From Chiloscyllium plagiosum (taxonomy: Eukaryota), in contig NC_057718.1 in the NCBI RefSeq assembly GCF_004010195.1, positions 23,828,135-23,892,134 on the forward strand: DNA of 64,000 nucleotides, given 5' to 3'. Below, piece after piece: positions 12,660-25,304 of this stretch. Below the pieces are notes generated by a model. It was not told the origin of the DNA. It was given only the letters and a program-made list of their open reading frames with translations, and did no database searches. Position 1 is the first letter of the stretch. Each line of letters starts with the position of its first letter. Both the position numbers and the translations under genes were made by a program.

Positions 12660-12697
12660 ACTTTGGATTCCAGCATCTGCAGGTTTTTTTTGTCTCT
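12660..12697 (+). mobile_element. 38-bp PLE 3'-terminus micro-insertion with 13-bp TSD
   Basis: 'ttccagcatctgcagg' terminus; TSD cacaatcctgact at 12647-12659 and 12698-12710. Confidence 0.75.
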
Positions 12698-12835
12698 CAC
12701 AATCCTGACTCCAATGAACAGGCTTGAGTTTGGCAACCCGGAAGTGACCGTGGTTGGATAGCAGTCATTGTCTTTCCCAAAATGACCAATTAGGAAGCTG
12801 TTTCCAGGAGCCTCCAATTCAGGAGGATGGTGTTT

Positions 12836-12869
12836 GGGGTGGGGGTGGGGTGGGGTGGGGTCGGTGGGG
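12836..12869 (+). repeat. (GGGGT)n tract, G-quadruplex-capable
   Basis: ggggtgggggtggggtggggtggggtcggtgggg. Confidence 0.8.
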
Positions 12870-13149
12870 CAAACCAGGGAATCGGGAGGTACACTACGAG
12901 GGCCTGTGGAAATGTTCAGCCACAATGCCACACCAAATTCTGCCAAGCCTTCCAGGAGACCACCAGGAGACCATTGTGGCGACAGTCTCCACAACATCGG
13001 GAAGCAATAAAACGAATGCACATAGACACATTGGCAGGTCATCATCATGGCTTCAGTTGTTCCTCCCCAGTTGGTCCTGATGGGGTGAGCGAGAGGATCT
13101 ATACATGGCCTCCCCATCACAAATATTGAGAATTGCTGATGTTTTAAAG

Positions 13150-13440
13150 TTTGAGGAAAGTGGGCTTCTCTGGCTAGGCCAGCCTTTAGTTTCCATCCCA
13201 AATTGCTCCTGAGAAGATGCTGGTGAGCCGTCATCTGGAGCTGCTGCTGCCCATTTTGTGGAGGCCTACGCACAATGCTGTTAGCCAGGAACTTAACAGC
13301 ACTTAGACCCAGTGACACTGAAGGAATGGCAATGCTTTCCCAAGTCAGGATGGTGGATAGCCTGGAGGGGAATTTGTAGATACAGGTTTTCCGTGTAATT
13401 GCAACCCTTGTCCTTCTCAATAGCATTGGTCATGGAGGGG
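13150..13440 (-). mobile_element. 3' end of a second CR1-like LINE family
   Basis: Reverse complement matches 25490-25750 ('caccatcctgacttgg...gctcacca..accttctc'). Confidence 0.75.
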
Positions 13441-13684
13441 TCCTTGAAGGACAGCTTTAGTGAAACAGCCCTCAGTGATCTTTTAGTTACCAAGATGAAC
13501 ATGCCCTAATCTGTCAGTTAATATTACTTTCATCAATTATATACTAGAATTTATGTAAAATTATCAAAACATCGTGAATCTGTTTGGATATGGTAACAAC
13601 ATGCACCATACCATAGTGCAAATTAAAATTGCTGAATGTCTATTCACAAAATGCTTTAAACATTAAAATGTCCACAAAAGCTTA

Positions 13685-13916
13685 TGAAATAACTCAACAG
13701 AGGCCAGTATCCCGTCACAAGTTCTCCCTTTACAGATGAACGGTCGTTGCCTTTTGTACTGCCTCATTCAGAGTCAGGTACCAGAGAATTGTTATCTCTG
13801 GCACTCATCCTTTTTGCATATCAGCAGGGCTCCCTGATTGGACCTGATCAACAGCCCCAATCAGGGAACTCACATTCTATGAGATCCAGCTGACTGGCCT
13901 TATTACAATCATTACA
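13685..13916 (-). mobile_element. Solo LTR (probably Gypsy)
   Basis: TG...CA termini (tgaaat...attaca); flanks gctta/gttta form a 5-bp TSD with one mismatch; internal inverted repeat ccctgattgg/ccaatcaggg. Confidence 0.6.
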
Positions 13917-16569
13917 GTTTATGTGCTAAATTATAATATTCCTCAATTTTTCCTTCAGTAGGAAAATCTTGCCCTGATCTAATATTCGTCAAGCAATGTG
14001 CAGGGCAAACAGTTTAAAACATCATTTCAATTGTGTCCTGGTAATATAGAAGGAGCAAGATCCCATTGTGAAATTCTTCAATTCACAGCCTCAGGCTGGG
14101 AAAAGAACTAGAGAACTGCATTCAAAGTCCAACTTTAAGTCAAAATTCCCTTCCAAAGTTGGAGACAAAGAACAGCATCATTTGTGCAATAAAAATACTT
14201 ATTTCAATAGTATTGTCCTAAAATTATCTTTATTAAGCCAGGATGGCTTGAAGAATTCCAGAATGGGCCATTTTGTAACACAATACGGTGAGAGTTCTGC
14301 AGAAAGAGAAGGTGTTAGAATATGCTTCTGCCACCTGCTATCTATTCGTTGAATCACATCAATCTCCGTGAGAAAAAAGAGTTCATACATTAACTGACAC
14401 TACATCAGCTGAGCAGGCCCCCCATAAACTTCCATTTGCAATCCAAACCTGGGAGAGAATGGATACCATGGATTTTGAAGAGCTGAGCGAAAGGCAGCAT
14501 GTTCCCAGGAGGAAAATGGGACATTGAGCAAGGGGAACATTGCTGTGATACAGAGGTGCAGAGTTGGACGCAAGCAACGCAAGACAGGACTCAATTGACA
14601 GCAGGTTCCAATAGATGTGAGCTGGGTGTAGTGATCATTCATTGACTATGAATTCATTGCTGCTCGAAAGGCAACTGTTCCTATGTTCCCAGAGCCACGT
14701 TTCTCATCTTTGCCCACATCGCTTAGGCTCCAGTAAGATTCCCCCCATAATTATTCAGCACCCTTCTGCCGTCAAATACTAACACCATTTTCTCCTTGGG
14801 TTTGTTGCCCAGAATTGAAGACAATATTTCAGTAAGTGGAAAATGAAAAGGAGACAACTTTTATTTTAAAAAACCCTGATTTCAGGCATCTCTTTGTGTT
14901 CAATATTGCTCTCAAACCTCATATGCTGATTTGAGATCCTGTAAGTAAAATTCAGTTACTGTTTTAAAATGTTCAGTTAAAAAATCGTCAGTGAATTTTC
15001 CACGTCTGTGCTTCCCGACCAGCTGTTTGGTACATACTCGCTTTAATGGATGGAAGATAGTGTACTTAAATGCACAAGAAAGGAACATTCTGTGGAGTCT
15101 CCTTTTTCTGTTTGCATGGGTAGATGGAGGTCGATGCCTGTGTGTGGTTCTCTGAGCAGTGAGAACAGGAAGTAAGCTTGGAGGTGAGTCACCACTCCAT
15201 CCTGCGGGCACTCACAGGAACGTCTTAGGAACAGGCTTTGTGCACCTTTTGTCTGCTGCCCAAGGCTGCACTTTGTTCAGGGAAGTAGGAGAGGAAACAC
15301 CACACAATGCCAGAGTCAAGGATCTTTGCACTTCAAAACAAGAAACTTTGGATGCCGGGCCACAACCTTCATGGCTGCAGCAACTTTCAGGTGGCAGAAC
15401 ATTTGCAGGCCATGGACTTGCTCCTCTCTGCAGTCTGCCCTCTGGCATAGGAGGCAGCCAAGTAAGAGGCCACTCCAGGTTCGCATTGCAGTAAAAGACG
15501 GTGGGCAGCATATCAAGGCAGGCCCATTCAGAGGCTCTGTGGTACAGGGCAAAACTGGCAGCACCACTGGGAGATGTGGGCACTGCTCAGGCAGCGAGGA
15601 GACCACGAGGGGGTCTGAAGATGAAGGCACGCTGGGAAATTTGCTGATAATGTAGAAATGTTCAGTCCTCTGTGACTTTCTCATCCAGTTGGATCCATAA
15701 TCGGGCTCCAAGAACAGGATCCAGTGGCACCTTGGTCAAATGCCAAGAGGCCATTTCCAGAAGGTTACTAAGCCCTGTCCTCAGCAGAGGCCGCAGTGCA
15801 TTTGGTGTCAGGAAAATGCCACTGGTTACGGGATGCCCCTTCCTCTTTCACCCGCTCCAAGTGAAGCCTCAATTGTGAACCCACTTCCATGGATTAGGTT
15901 GGGAAATCTTCTGTGGCAGCCCGCTGCTAGGTGGTGGAACAGTATTTGGTCGCTGGCCCACACACAATTCTGAACTATTCTATACCCCCTACCCCTAAAG
16001 CTGCATGCCAAAGGCTGGTAAGTTTTAAACTAGAGAGCACAACAGAATAATTATCAAAGAATGAAGTATAGCACAGATTATGAATCATTCCTTACAGTGG
16101 GAAACTGGCTACATAGTGAAAAAGATAGAAAGTTTTGTATATGTCACAAACACATTTTATTAACATTTTTTATGGTAAAGTAAGTACAAGTGTCCCAGGC
16201 AACATTATTTGGCTAATGAAATCCAACAAAAAATGTATAACATAAAATGCAATGATGTGAAGAATACTGCTCATTGCCATGGCTAATTCGTTACTGAAGC
16301 TGACCTCAGTCTGCAGAGAATAGAAACAGATGTATAATATACTAAAGCTGGTAAATGGGAAGAGTGTCTTTTTTTGCTTTCACCATGGGAGTTAAACAAC
16401 CAACACAAAGGATTGATCATTTGTCCTTGAATGAATACTTGTCTGCACAGTGAAAGAATTGACAGTTATATAAAACGCGTCCTTTTTAAACTCCTGGACT
16501 TTGAACATAGCATTTTTAATATTCATCACAAATGAAATTCTCAGCAGCCAAATTTAATGGAGTTTTTTA

Positions 16570-18110
16570 AAGAGGTGCTGAGGTGTTTGGGCAGTTGATG
16601 TCATTTATATGGATTTCAGCCAAGCTGTTGGCAAGATCATAGAATCCTTACAGTGTGGAAACAGGCCATTTGTCCCAACAAGTCCACACTGACCCTCCGA
16701 AGAGTATCCCAGGCATTCCCCTACCCTATATTTACCACCGACTAGTGCACTTAACCTACTTATCCCTGAACACTATGGGCAATTTAGCATGGCCAACTCA
16801 CCTAACCTGCACATTTTTGGGTTGTGAGAGGAAACCCACGCAGACACGGGAAGGATGTGCAAACTCCACACAGACAGTCACTCAAGGCTGGAATCAAACA
16901 CAGGTCCCTGGCGCTGTGAGGCAGCAGCACTAACCACTGGGCCACCATGGCACCCATGATGCATAACTGCAAAATGCAAAAAGGTCTAACATGCAAAACT
17001 GATAAAGAAGATAAAAGCTCAAGAGGGCCAGTGTAACTTGGCAAGATGGATCCAAAATAGACTTAGTGACAGGAGACAGAGGGTTGTGACAGGAAGCTGT
17101 TCATGTGACTGGAGCCTGGTGTGCAGTGGCATACCACAGGGATCGGTGCTGGGTCCCTTATTGTTTGTGATATTCATAAATGATGACGATGAGCATGTGA
17201 GGGGATGATAAATAAGTTCGCAGATAACAGAAAGATTGATCAGGTGATTGACAGTGTGGAAGAAGCTGTTAGGTTACAGGAGGACATAAATGGCTTGGTC
17301 AGATAGGCAGATCAGTAACAGATAGATTTAACCCCAATAAATGAGAGGTGATGGACTCTGGAAAAAGGAACAAGGGAGTACACAATGGATGACAAGAGAC
17401 CAGGAAACTCAGAGAAATGGAGGGATGTGGGCTGCTCGTTCTCAGTTCCCTGAGGTGGCAGGACAGGTTAACAGAGTAGTTAAGAGTCATATGGGACATT
17501 TACCTTTATCAATCATGGCCCAGATTGTAAAAATAGTGAGTCTATATTGGAGCTGTAACAGAGCTTTGATTAGGCCCCAGCTGGAGTACTGTGTGCAGTT
17601 CTGGTCACCGCAATATAGGAAGGATGTGATTGCACCGAAGCGGGTGTAAATGAGATTCACCAGGATGTTGCCTGGAATGGAGCATTCAGTTATGAAGAGA
17701 GTCAGGGTAGGCTCAGCTTGTTTTCTTTGGAGGACACAGTGTTGAGATGGGAACCTGATAGAGGTGTATACAATTATAAGGTGCATGGACAAAGCAAATA
17801 GAAAGCAACTGTTCCCCTTAGTTAAAGGATCATCAATATGTTTAAAAGTGAAAGGCAGCAAGTTTAAAGGGGCTTTGAGGAAACACCTTTCATCCAGAGA
17901 GTGGCGGGGAACTGGAATGCCCTGCCTGGGAGAGTAGCTGAGGCAGGAAACCTCACAACCTTTAAAGTGTACTTGGATGAGCATTTGAAGCATCAGAACA
18001 GTCAAGGCTTGATGTGGGGAAGTCAGACTAGTGTATGAAACAGGCTAATTTTTGTGGTACAGACTTGAGGAGCCATAAGGTCTGTTCTGTACTGAATAAT
18101 TCTGTGATTC
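16570..18110 (+). mobile_element. Decayed CR1 LINE (RT to 3' end) interrupted by HE1
   Basis: 'VDVIYMDFSQA', '[13 protein letters not shown]', 'LIRPQLEYCVQFWSP'. Confidence 0.9.
16636..16955 (-). mobile_element. HE1-like SINE
   Basis: Reverse complement of the 1458 element; head 'gggtgccatggtggcccagtggttag'. Confidence 0.9.
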
Positions 18111-18574
18111 TACCTGTAGGATGAGAGTCGCCATAGATTTGTAAATTACGTAACCAGTTGAGCAACAGCAATTGTAAAGGGGCGATTTCCAATCCAGATG
18201 CTCCATAGTGGATAGATCAATTGGGAGATTTACAGGCAAAGCTGAGCTTAGGTAGTTGCTTCGTCCATCCTGGCAAGTGCCTGAGGCACACTGCTGCTGA
18301 GACCCCCCCAACATTTGGGTTAATACTTAATGCAGCAATTGTTGCTAAGTGTCTCACAGCTGTTCAGAATCCCACATCCCTACTTCTGGCACTACCTATC
18401 ATGTCTTTCTCTGTATTATAAGAGAATGTCATTGGTTAAGATTTTTTACTCAGGCACACCCAGATTGATGCTGTTATTGGGTTTTTGTCAGTTGAAATGA
18501 GACAAAAATAAAAAGAAGGAACACCATTTAAGACCTCGGGATGTTTTAAAGCACACTTTGTAGAAATGTACAAA

Positions 18575-18690
18575 CTAGGAGCCAGAGTAGGCCATTCAAG
18601 CCCTTTGAGCCTGCTCCACGGTTCAGTATGACCATGGCTGACCATCCAACTCAGTACCACATTCACACTTTCTCTCCATACCCTTTAACC
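18575..18690 (-). mobile_element. CR1 3' tail fragment
   Basis: 'ggagccagagtaggccattc...accatggctgaccatccaactc'. Confidence 0.65.
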
Positions 18691-18699
18691 CTCAGAAGA

Positions 18700-19075
18700 G
18701 GGGATGAAGGCAGGAAAGCCAATGAGGTACGTTCCAATGTGAGACATTGTTATAATGTCAGCAACAGATTGGAGATAATTTGCATGCAACAAGCTTCCAC
18801 AAAAAGTGACGTGAAAATGGTCAGATATTCTGTTTGTTTACTGAATGACCAAAACACCAGGGAGACCCTTTCCTGTTCTTCTTCAAAATAGTGCCATGGG
18901 ATCTTTTACATCCAGCTGAAAGGGCTTAATTTGGTTTCATGTCTTCAACAAAAGACTTCACCTCCAACCATGTACCATTCCCTCAGTTCTACTCCAACCA
19001 TCACTCTTGATCTTTATGCTCAAGTCCTTGAGGTTTGAAGTTGAACCACAACTTTCTGATTGAGAATGGTCAAAA
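18700..19075 (-). mobile_element. Deu-domain SINE (SacSINE1/AmnSINE1-like)
   Basis: Reverse complement contains 'gatgtaaaagatcccatggcactattttgaagaagaacagg', the Deu core as I recall it, plus a tRNA-like head. Confidence 0.75.
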
Positions 19076-19361
19076 GATCAAGTTGCATATTTTCCTCATT
19101 GATATTTCTGTGGTGAACCTGAAAATTATGGCTTTGTGTATGTTGTCTTGCCTCATTTTCTCCAATATTTCGATATCTTTGATATCTCCTTGGCCAATTT
19201 AAATTTGCTTGTCACAAATTTTGGTTGATATATTTTATTGGTCCATCTGACTTGGCTTGTTTTACATTAAAGAATAGGGGTTGTTTTGTTCTTTGCAATG
19301 TAAATCTCTTATTGGCAATTTTCTTTCTGGATTTTGAGTACGGGTTTACCTGTAATCTTTC

Positions 19362-19453
19362 CTGATGAAGGGCTCCTGACCGACACATTGATTTTCCTGC
19401 TCCTCGGATGCTGCCTGACCTGCTGTGCTTTTCCAGCACCACTCTAATCTTGA
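19362..19453 (+). mobile_element. Short PLE pLTR insertion with a degenerate HHR and 13-bp TSD
   Basis: ctgatgaagggctcctgaccgaca (GAAA changed to GACA); TSD ctgtaatctttcc at 19350-19362 and 19454-19466. Confidence 0.85.
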
Positions 19454-19714
19454 CTGTAATCTTTCCCCACAGCTCAACCCTTTTATGTACAGCCTTAACC
19501 TCATTGCAATTTTCTCTCTCCAAAACATCTCTTTTATGTTTGATCAGAACTGTATATGATCTTCTAAATGTGGTCTGACTGCTGTACTGTAAAGTCCTGT
19601 AGACTTACATCCTATTGTAACATTCTAATAATCTGTTAGGTTTTTAAATCATTTTATCACGTTGTCTCTATTTTGAATGCAGAATATTTACTTATGTTTT
19701 TCTAACTTTGTCTC

Positions 19715-19990
19715 TCAGGTGCATGTAAAAATCCATGGCTCTCACTCAAAATACATCAGGAGAGTTGTCTTGATTTCCTGCTCAATATATATCCCTTAGA
19801 CAACATTATTACAAGAATAAATTGCCTGGTCATTATGAGATTGTTGTTTGTGGATCCTGTAGTGCACAAAGTGGCTAACACAATTCTGCCACTTTAAACT
19901 GAGACTGCACTTCAAAAGCCACCTCATTAGTTGTGGAGCACTTTGGAATGTCCTGAGATTCAGAAAGGCTCTATACAAATGCAAATACAA
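19715..19990 (+). mobile_element. Deu-domain SINE 3' part
   Basis: 'gtaaaaatccatggc...gcacttcaaaag...aaaggctctatacaaatgcaa' with an L2-type tail. Confidence 0.65.
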
Positions 19991-20230
19991 TAAGATAGCG
20001 CGTTCACTTCTTGTGAATGGGGATTCACTGATACCTCTTTGCTTTATATAACCAATGAACCAGATTTATGTGGAGGACTCGCTGCTAAGGAAATCATTTA
20101 AAGACAGTTCTAATGCTGTTCCAATATCATCATGTGTTTGCTAATCACATTACCCTTCATTAAACCACCTGACTGCTAAGAGCAGGAAATGTAACCTGAG
20201 GCTTGTCTAAAGGCAAATTTGTTTCATAAA

Positions 20231-20549
20231 GTCATAGAATCCCTACAGTGTGGAAACAGGCCATTTGGCCGAACAAGTCCACACTGAACCCCCAAAGAGT
20301 AACCCACCCAGACCCATTCTCCTACCCTATTGCTCTATATTTACCCCTAAATAATGTACCTAACCTACACATCCCTGAACACTATGGGCAATTTGCCTAA
20401 TCTGCACATCTTTGGATTAGAGGGTGGAAACCAGGGCACCTGGAGGAAACTCAAGCAGACACAGGGAGAATGATCCAAGGCTGGAATTGAATTCAGGTCC
20501 CTGGTGCTGTGAGATAGCAGTGCTAACCACTGAACCACCGTGCTGCCCC
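20231..20549 (-). mobile_element. HE1-like SINE
   Basis: Head 'ggggcagcacggtggttcagtggttag' on the minus strand, V-domain and tail. Confidence 0.9.
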
Positions 20550-20719
20550 AGTTTATCAAGCTGAAGATTTATTTCAGTTGGATTAATACTGGTACTTAGT
20601 TTATTGCTGCATCTATTGAAAATAAGGAATTGGTATTGTACCTGAGTTATACTTATCCAGCCGTATTGCTTATTTTAATAAAATTAGTTGAACGATTTGG
20701 GATTTTAAATAGCTGCTGA

Positions 20720-20738
20720 TATATATATATATATATAT
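20720..20738. repeat. (TA)n microsatellite
   Basis: Directly visible. Confidence 0.9.
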
Positions 20739-20987
20739 GCATCTCCTTCAAAATATAAGCAACTGATGAAAGTAAATTACTGCTTTATAAAAGGCAAGAC
20801 TGAGATGAGGAAAATAGAATGGAAGAAGACTATAAAAGACTATAAATACCAGCATAAACCAGTTGGACCAAATAGCCATTTTAAATGCTTTCTGCGATAT
20901 GTGGTTGCATTTTAAGATTAGCTGTCAGAATGCTTGTGGAAAAACCAGTTAGTCAATTTACTTCTTTAATGTCTTACAAGCCACAAT

Positions 20988-21160
20988 AAAACCAGAAAGT
21001 GCTGAAAGGACTAAGTAGTAGCTGTGGAGTAACATCAGAGTTGACATTTCAAGTTGAATTGAGCTCTTGAAGCTGTCATATTGAAATTGAAATGTTTACC
21101 CCTGTCTCAGCCTCCACAGATGCTGCCTGACCTGCTAAGTTTTAGTATTTTATTTTTATT
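20988..21160. mobile_element. Old PLE-derived fold-back element
   Basis: Degenerate inverted arms 'cagaaagtgctgaaaggact...' and 'ctccacagatgctgcctgacctgct'. Confidence 0.6.
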
Positions 21161-22454
21161 TGTCTTTTAAAATTTCCTGTGTGTGGTTGAGATGCGGTGG
21201 GTGAAAAATACGTTCTTGTTAAATCTTGTGTACGTTTCGCAAAAGCATTTTATGTACTGTTGATGTAGATTTAAAGAGCTGATAAGTACAGATAGGATTG
21301 AATTGTAATCATGTACAAATATCCTTCCTGATTTGCCACAATCATGCCACTTTCATCATGTGGCACACAGACAGGATGTAGCTATTTTATGGGAATTCCA
21401 AAAATACCATTATAAAGACAAAGCTGCTGCCTGGTGAGCACAGATCATGGTGTCAGAAGTGAAGTTAAGTTTGAATGCTGATAGAGAGACACAGGTATAT
21501 TAACAGCAATGAAATATTCTACAAGTACCTGAATTTTTCTTGAAAAATACATATTTTCTAACATATCTGGAGCAGGTGGGACTTGAACCCAGCTCTCCTG
21601 CCTTAGAGGGACACTGCATGCACCCCTGACTGTTTTGTTTCATTTTTATATCCAGAAGTGATCTTACACACAGCAGAATGTTTAATTGCTTTCCCCTGAT
21701 TATTTTGTTTGAAGCATACAAAGAAACAGGTCACAGCTAAAAGACGAGTAAGAGACCACTGCAAATGGTCTTTTCCAATGAAATTAAAGGTGATATGAAA
21801 CAAAGCTGACAGTTTTTTCACCTACAATGGCAAAATGGTATTAAATTTCCTGAAGCAGCTATATAGTACCCCAAAGTCATAGCAGCAAAGAGTAGACACA
21901 CTCCTTTCACAGTAGGGAAGAGACTGTTTCAAAGTGCATTCAACCCTGAACCTTTTCTAACAAACAGAAAAAATGTCAGCAGAAATTTTGAAAGCATTGA
22001 ATGTACACTTGAATGCCAAATGAATGTAATTCATGAACAGTATGTGTTTAATATTAGGGCCTAATGTAAAAAAGAGCCTATTGGTCAATATGTGACTTGA
22101 TTAATTCAACGAGCAGAATGTGTAGAATTAACAGTTTATCTTTAAAGGCAGGGCTGTATTAAGTAGAAGAGATCCTGCAGTGAAAGGACGTATATTGAGA
22201 TGTCAATGGTTGTGTATAATGTTTGGTTTATGCATGGTGCCTGAACAGTATCAGCAGCCAGTGTGACATCGTTAATGATGTTCCTGTAGTGGGAGCATTG
22301 GTGTATGATTTTCGAGTTTATGGATGTGGTTATACAATGGAAGAAGCTAAAGCTGACCGTCTGAAATTTAGTGTGATTGTTAGACAGAGCTCATCAGATG
22401 AATCAGCATCTGAATAAGAAAACACATTTCAATAAAAACACCTGATGTCAAGTA

Positions 22455-23952
22455 ATAGAGTTATAGGGATGGACAGCACGGAAACAGACCCTTCAGTCCA
22501 ACCCCTCCATGCCAACCAGATATCCCAACTTAATCTAGCCCCACTTGTGACCACCTGATCCATATCCCTCCAAATCTTTCCTATTCAAAAACCCATCCAG
22601 ATGACTTTTAAACATTGCAATTGTACCAGCCTCAACTACTTCCACTGGCAGCTCATTCCACACACGCACCACCCTCTGCATGAAAAGGTTATCCCAAGGT
22701 CCCTTTTATATCTTTTCCCTCTCACCGTAAGCCAATCTCCTCTAGTTCTGGATTCCCCTACTCAAGGGAAAAGACCTTGTCTATTTACCCAATCCATGCC
22801 CTTCATGAATTTCAAAACCTCTATAAGTCTACCCTCAGCCTCAAGGCTCCAGGGAAAACAGCCCTAGCCCATTCAACCTCTCCCAATAGCTCAAATCCTC
22901 CAACCCTGGCAACATCCTGATCAAAAAACGCCACTCCCCCTCCTCTCTTGCCTCCCTTTCTGTCCTTGCTGCAGCATTTGTATCCTTGAGCCATGTTTCT
23001 GTAATTGCTATGGTATCCCAGTCCCATGTTCCTAACCATGCCCTGAGTTCTTCTGTCTTCCCTGTTAGGCCTCTTGCATTGAAATAAATGCAGTTAATTT
23101 ATCAGTCCTACCTTGTTCTCTGCTTTGTCCCTGCCTCCCCTGATTGCTTGACTGACTTCTTTTCTCAACTGTACCAGTCTCAGATTGATCTCTTTCCTCA
23201 CTATCTCCCTGGCTCCCACCCCTACCTTACTTGTTTAAATCCTCTCAAGCAGCTGTAGCAAATCTCCCTGCCAGTATATTAATTCCCTTCCAATTTAGGT
23301 GCAATCTGTCCTTCTGGAACATGTCACTTCTACCCCAGAAGAGATTCCAATGATCCAAAAACGTGAATCCTTCTCCCATATACCAGCTTCTCAGCCACGC
23401 CTTCATCTGCTTTATCTTCCTATTCCTACACTCATTAGCCCCTAGCACCAGAGTGTCCCTCAACGCAATCGATCACTTGGAACACAACATGTCTCTCATT
23501 AGATTAAAGCCAGTCTTGATACCAGAAACTTGACTGTTCGAGTTACAGTCCCCTGAGTATCCATCACCCCCTACATTTTCCACAACTGCATACATGTTTA
23601 AAATGGGGATAACCACAGAAGACTCCTTCACTATCTGCCTACCTCTCTTACTTTTCTTGGAGTTAACCTATCCATGTGACTGTATCTGCAACTTTTCTCC
23701 CTTCCTATAACTGCCATCCATCACATCCCCTTTCTCTTGTAAAATCCGCATTGCCTCTAACTGTTGCTCCAACTGATCCATTCGATCTAATAGGATTCAC
23801 AACAAATGGCATTTGTTGCAGATATAATCCTCAGTAACACATAAACTCTCCCTAAACTCCCATATCTGACAAGAAGAACCTAGCACTCTACTAAAGGCCA
23901 TTTTTTCTTTTTCCAATCTACAGACCCAGAAAATAGCGCCGTCTTATTCCTC
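22455..23952 (-). mobile_element. CR1/HER1 with ORF1 and 3' end but nearly all of ORF2 deleted
   Basis: ORF1 start MAFSRV..SCQIWEFRE, SGNH-esterase-like 'FLDHWNLFWGRSD..DRLHLNWKG', EN start 'GGGVAF', then a jump at ~22918 to the 3' end. Confidence 0.88.
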
Positions 23953-25304
23953 CACATAGGCCATTTACTGAAAGTGAAAAGTCTTTGGCCAGATTTCAAA
24001 AAACTAAGAATTATAGCAGCAATACAGCAATCAACAGTTGTATAAACAGTGCAATGATTTGTTGTATTCATCAACTATTTTGCAAAATTCTTGTGCAATA
24101 TGTCATTGGAGTGTGAATTATCGTGCCAACTCATGACCACGAATATATTATGGTTTTGAAACATGGATCAAGAAGCACCATTCACATTGATTAAACAATT
24201 AGTGTTGGCAATACCAGTGTTGAAACACTGTAATGTAAATGATGAAGTCACCCTGCAGTGGGACACCAGTGAGACAGGACTTGGAGCAAACCTAATACAG
24301 CGAATGGTTGTATTGCAGCCAGGGAGTTATCACAACCAGAACAATGCTGTGCTCAGACCAAGAAAGAGTGCCTGGCCATTGTCTTTGCTTGCAAATATTT
24401 TTGTCAATACTTACTTCATAGAAGCAAAGTAACAGTTGACTCTTCAAAGCATTTTCCTCAATCCATTATTGGCTGCCCAAAAACGCCTTCAAGGAACGTT
24501 TCTTTGGTGACAGAGTTACCATCTGCATTTGACATATAAGCAAGGGAAGCAAGTGTACATTGCAGACAGGCTATCAAGAGCAGTACTTACAATAGAGAAG
24601 TAGCAGAATCCATGACAGAGTGTGAAATCTTCTAGATCAAAAGTGATTCAGCAACCCATCAGGCTCTGACAGCCATCAACCCAGCAGGGGAATCAAGTGT
24701 AACAGACAATAACCTTACTCAAATCAGACGAACTACCCAATACGAAGCAACTCTCCAAGTATTGGAAGTATGAAGGACACTCCTGTTGCTATGAGGGTAT
24801 ATTCAGCAAGCAAAGATGAATTGACAAGATGGCATGTTGTACAAAGGAAGTAGTAATTTCTTGCAAGATTTCAGATGAGAGATGCCAATGCATATCTATG
24901 CAAGCTATCAAAGAGATGAGTCAGTTCTGAAGAAGGCAAGAGATGTGCTCTACTGACCAAACATGAACAATAAAATGAAGGACCCCATTTGCCAGTTCAG
25001 TGCCTATAATGAGTACCAAGCTAAACAAGCTAGGAAACCCACTCACGCCACATGATATCACAGACAAACCATGGAAGAAGCTGGCAGTAGGACTCTTTGC
25101 TCTGGCAGGAACTGATTATCTTAATGCCATAGACTACTATTCCAACTATGAGGTGGTGTACCAGCTGATTCAGTGACTACCAGTGAGATTGGTGAATGCC
25201 TGAAAGCACACCTTCAGTTTTTATTGCTTTTCTGTCATTGTGATCAGTAATAAATGCCCTCAGTTCACAAGTGAAGAATTCAGCCATTTTTTAAAGAAAG
25301 CCCC

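Noticed and set aside
11723..13426. 567-aa ORF as a host gene or autonomous Penelope
   Set aside because: It is chimeric: the RT N-half and GIY-YIG C-terminus are missing, and the N-terminal part comes from unrelated sequence.
22385..22405. Minus-strand CUGAUGA as another hammerhead
   Set aside because: No stem II closing onto a GAAA, and no PLE arm context.
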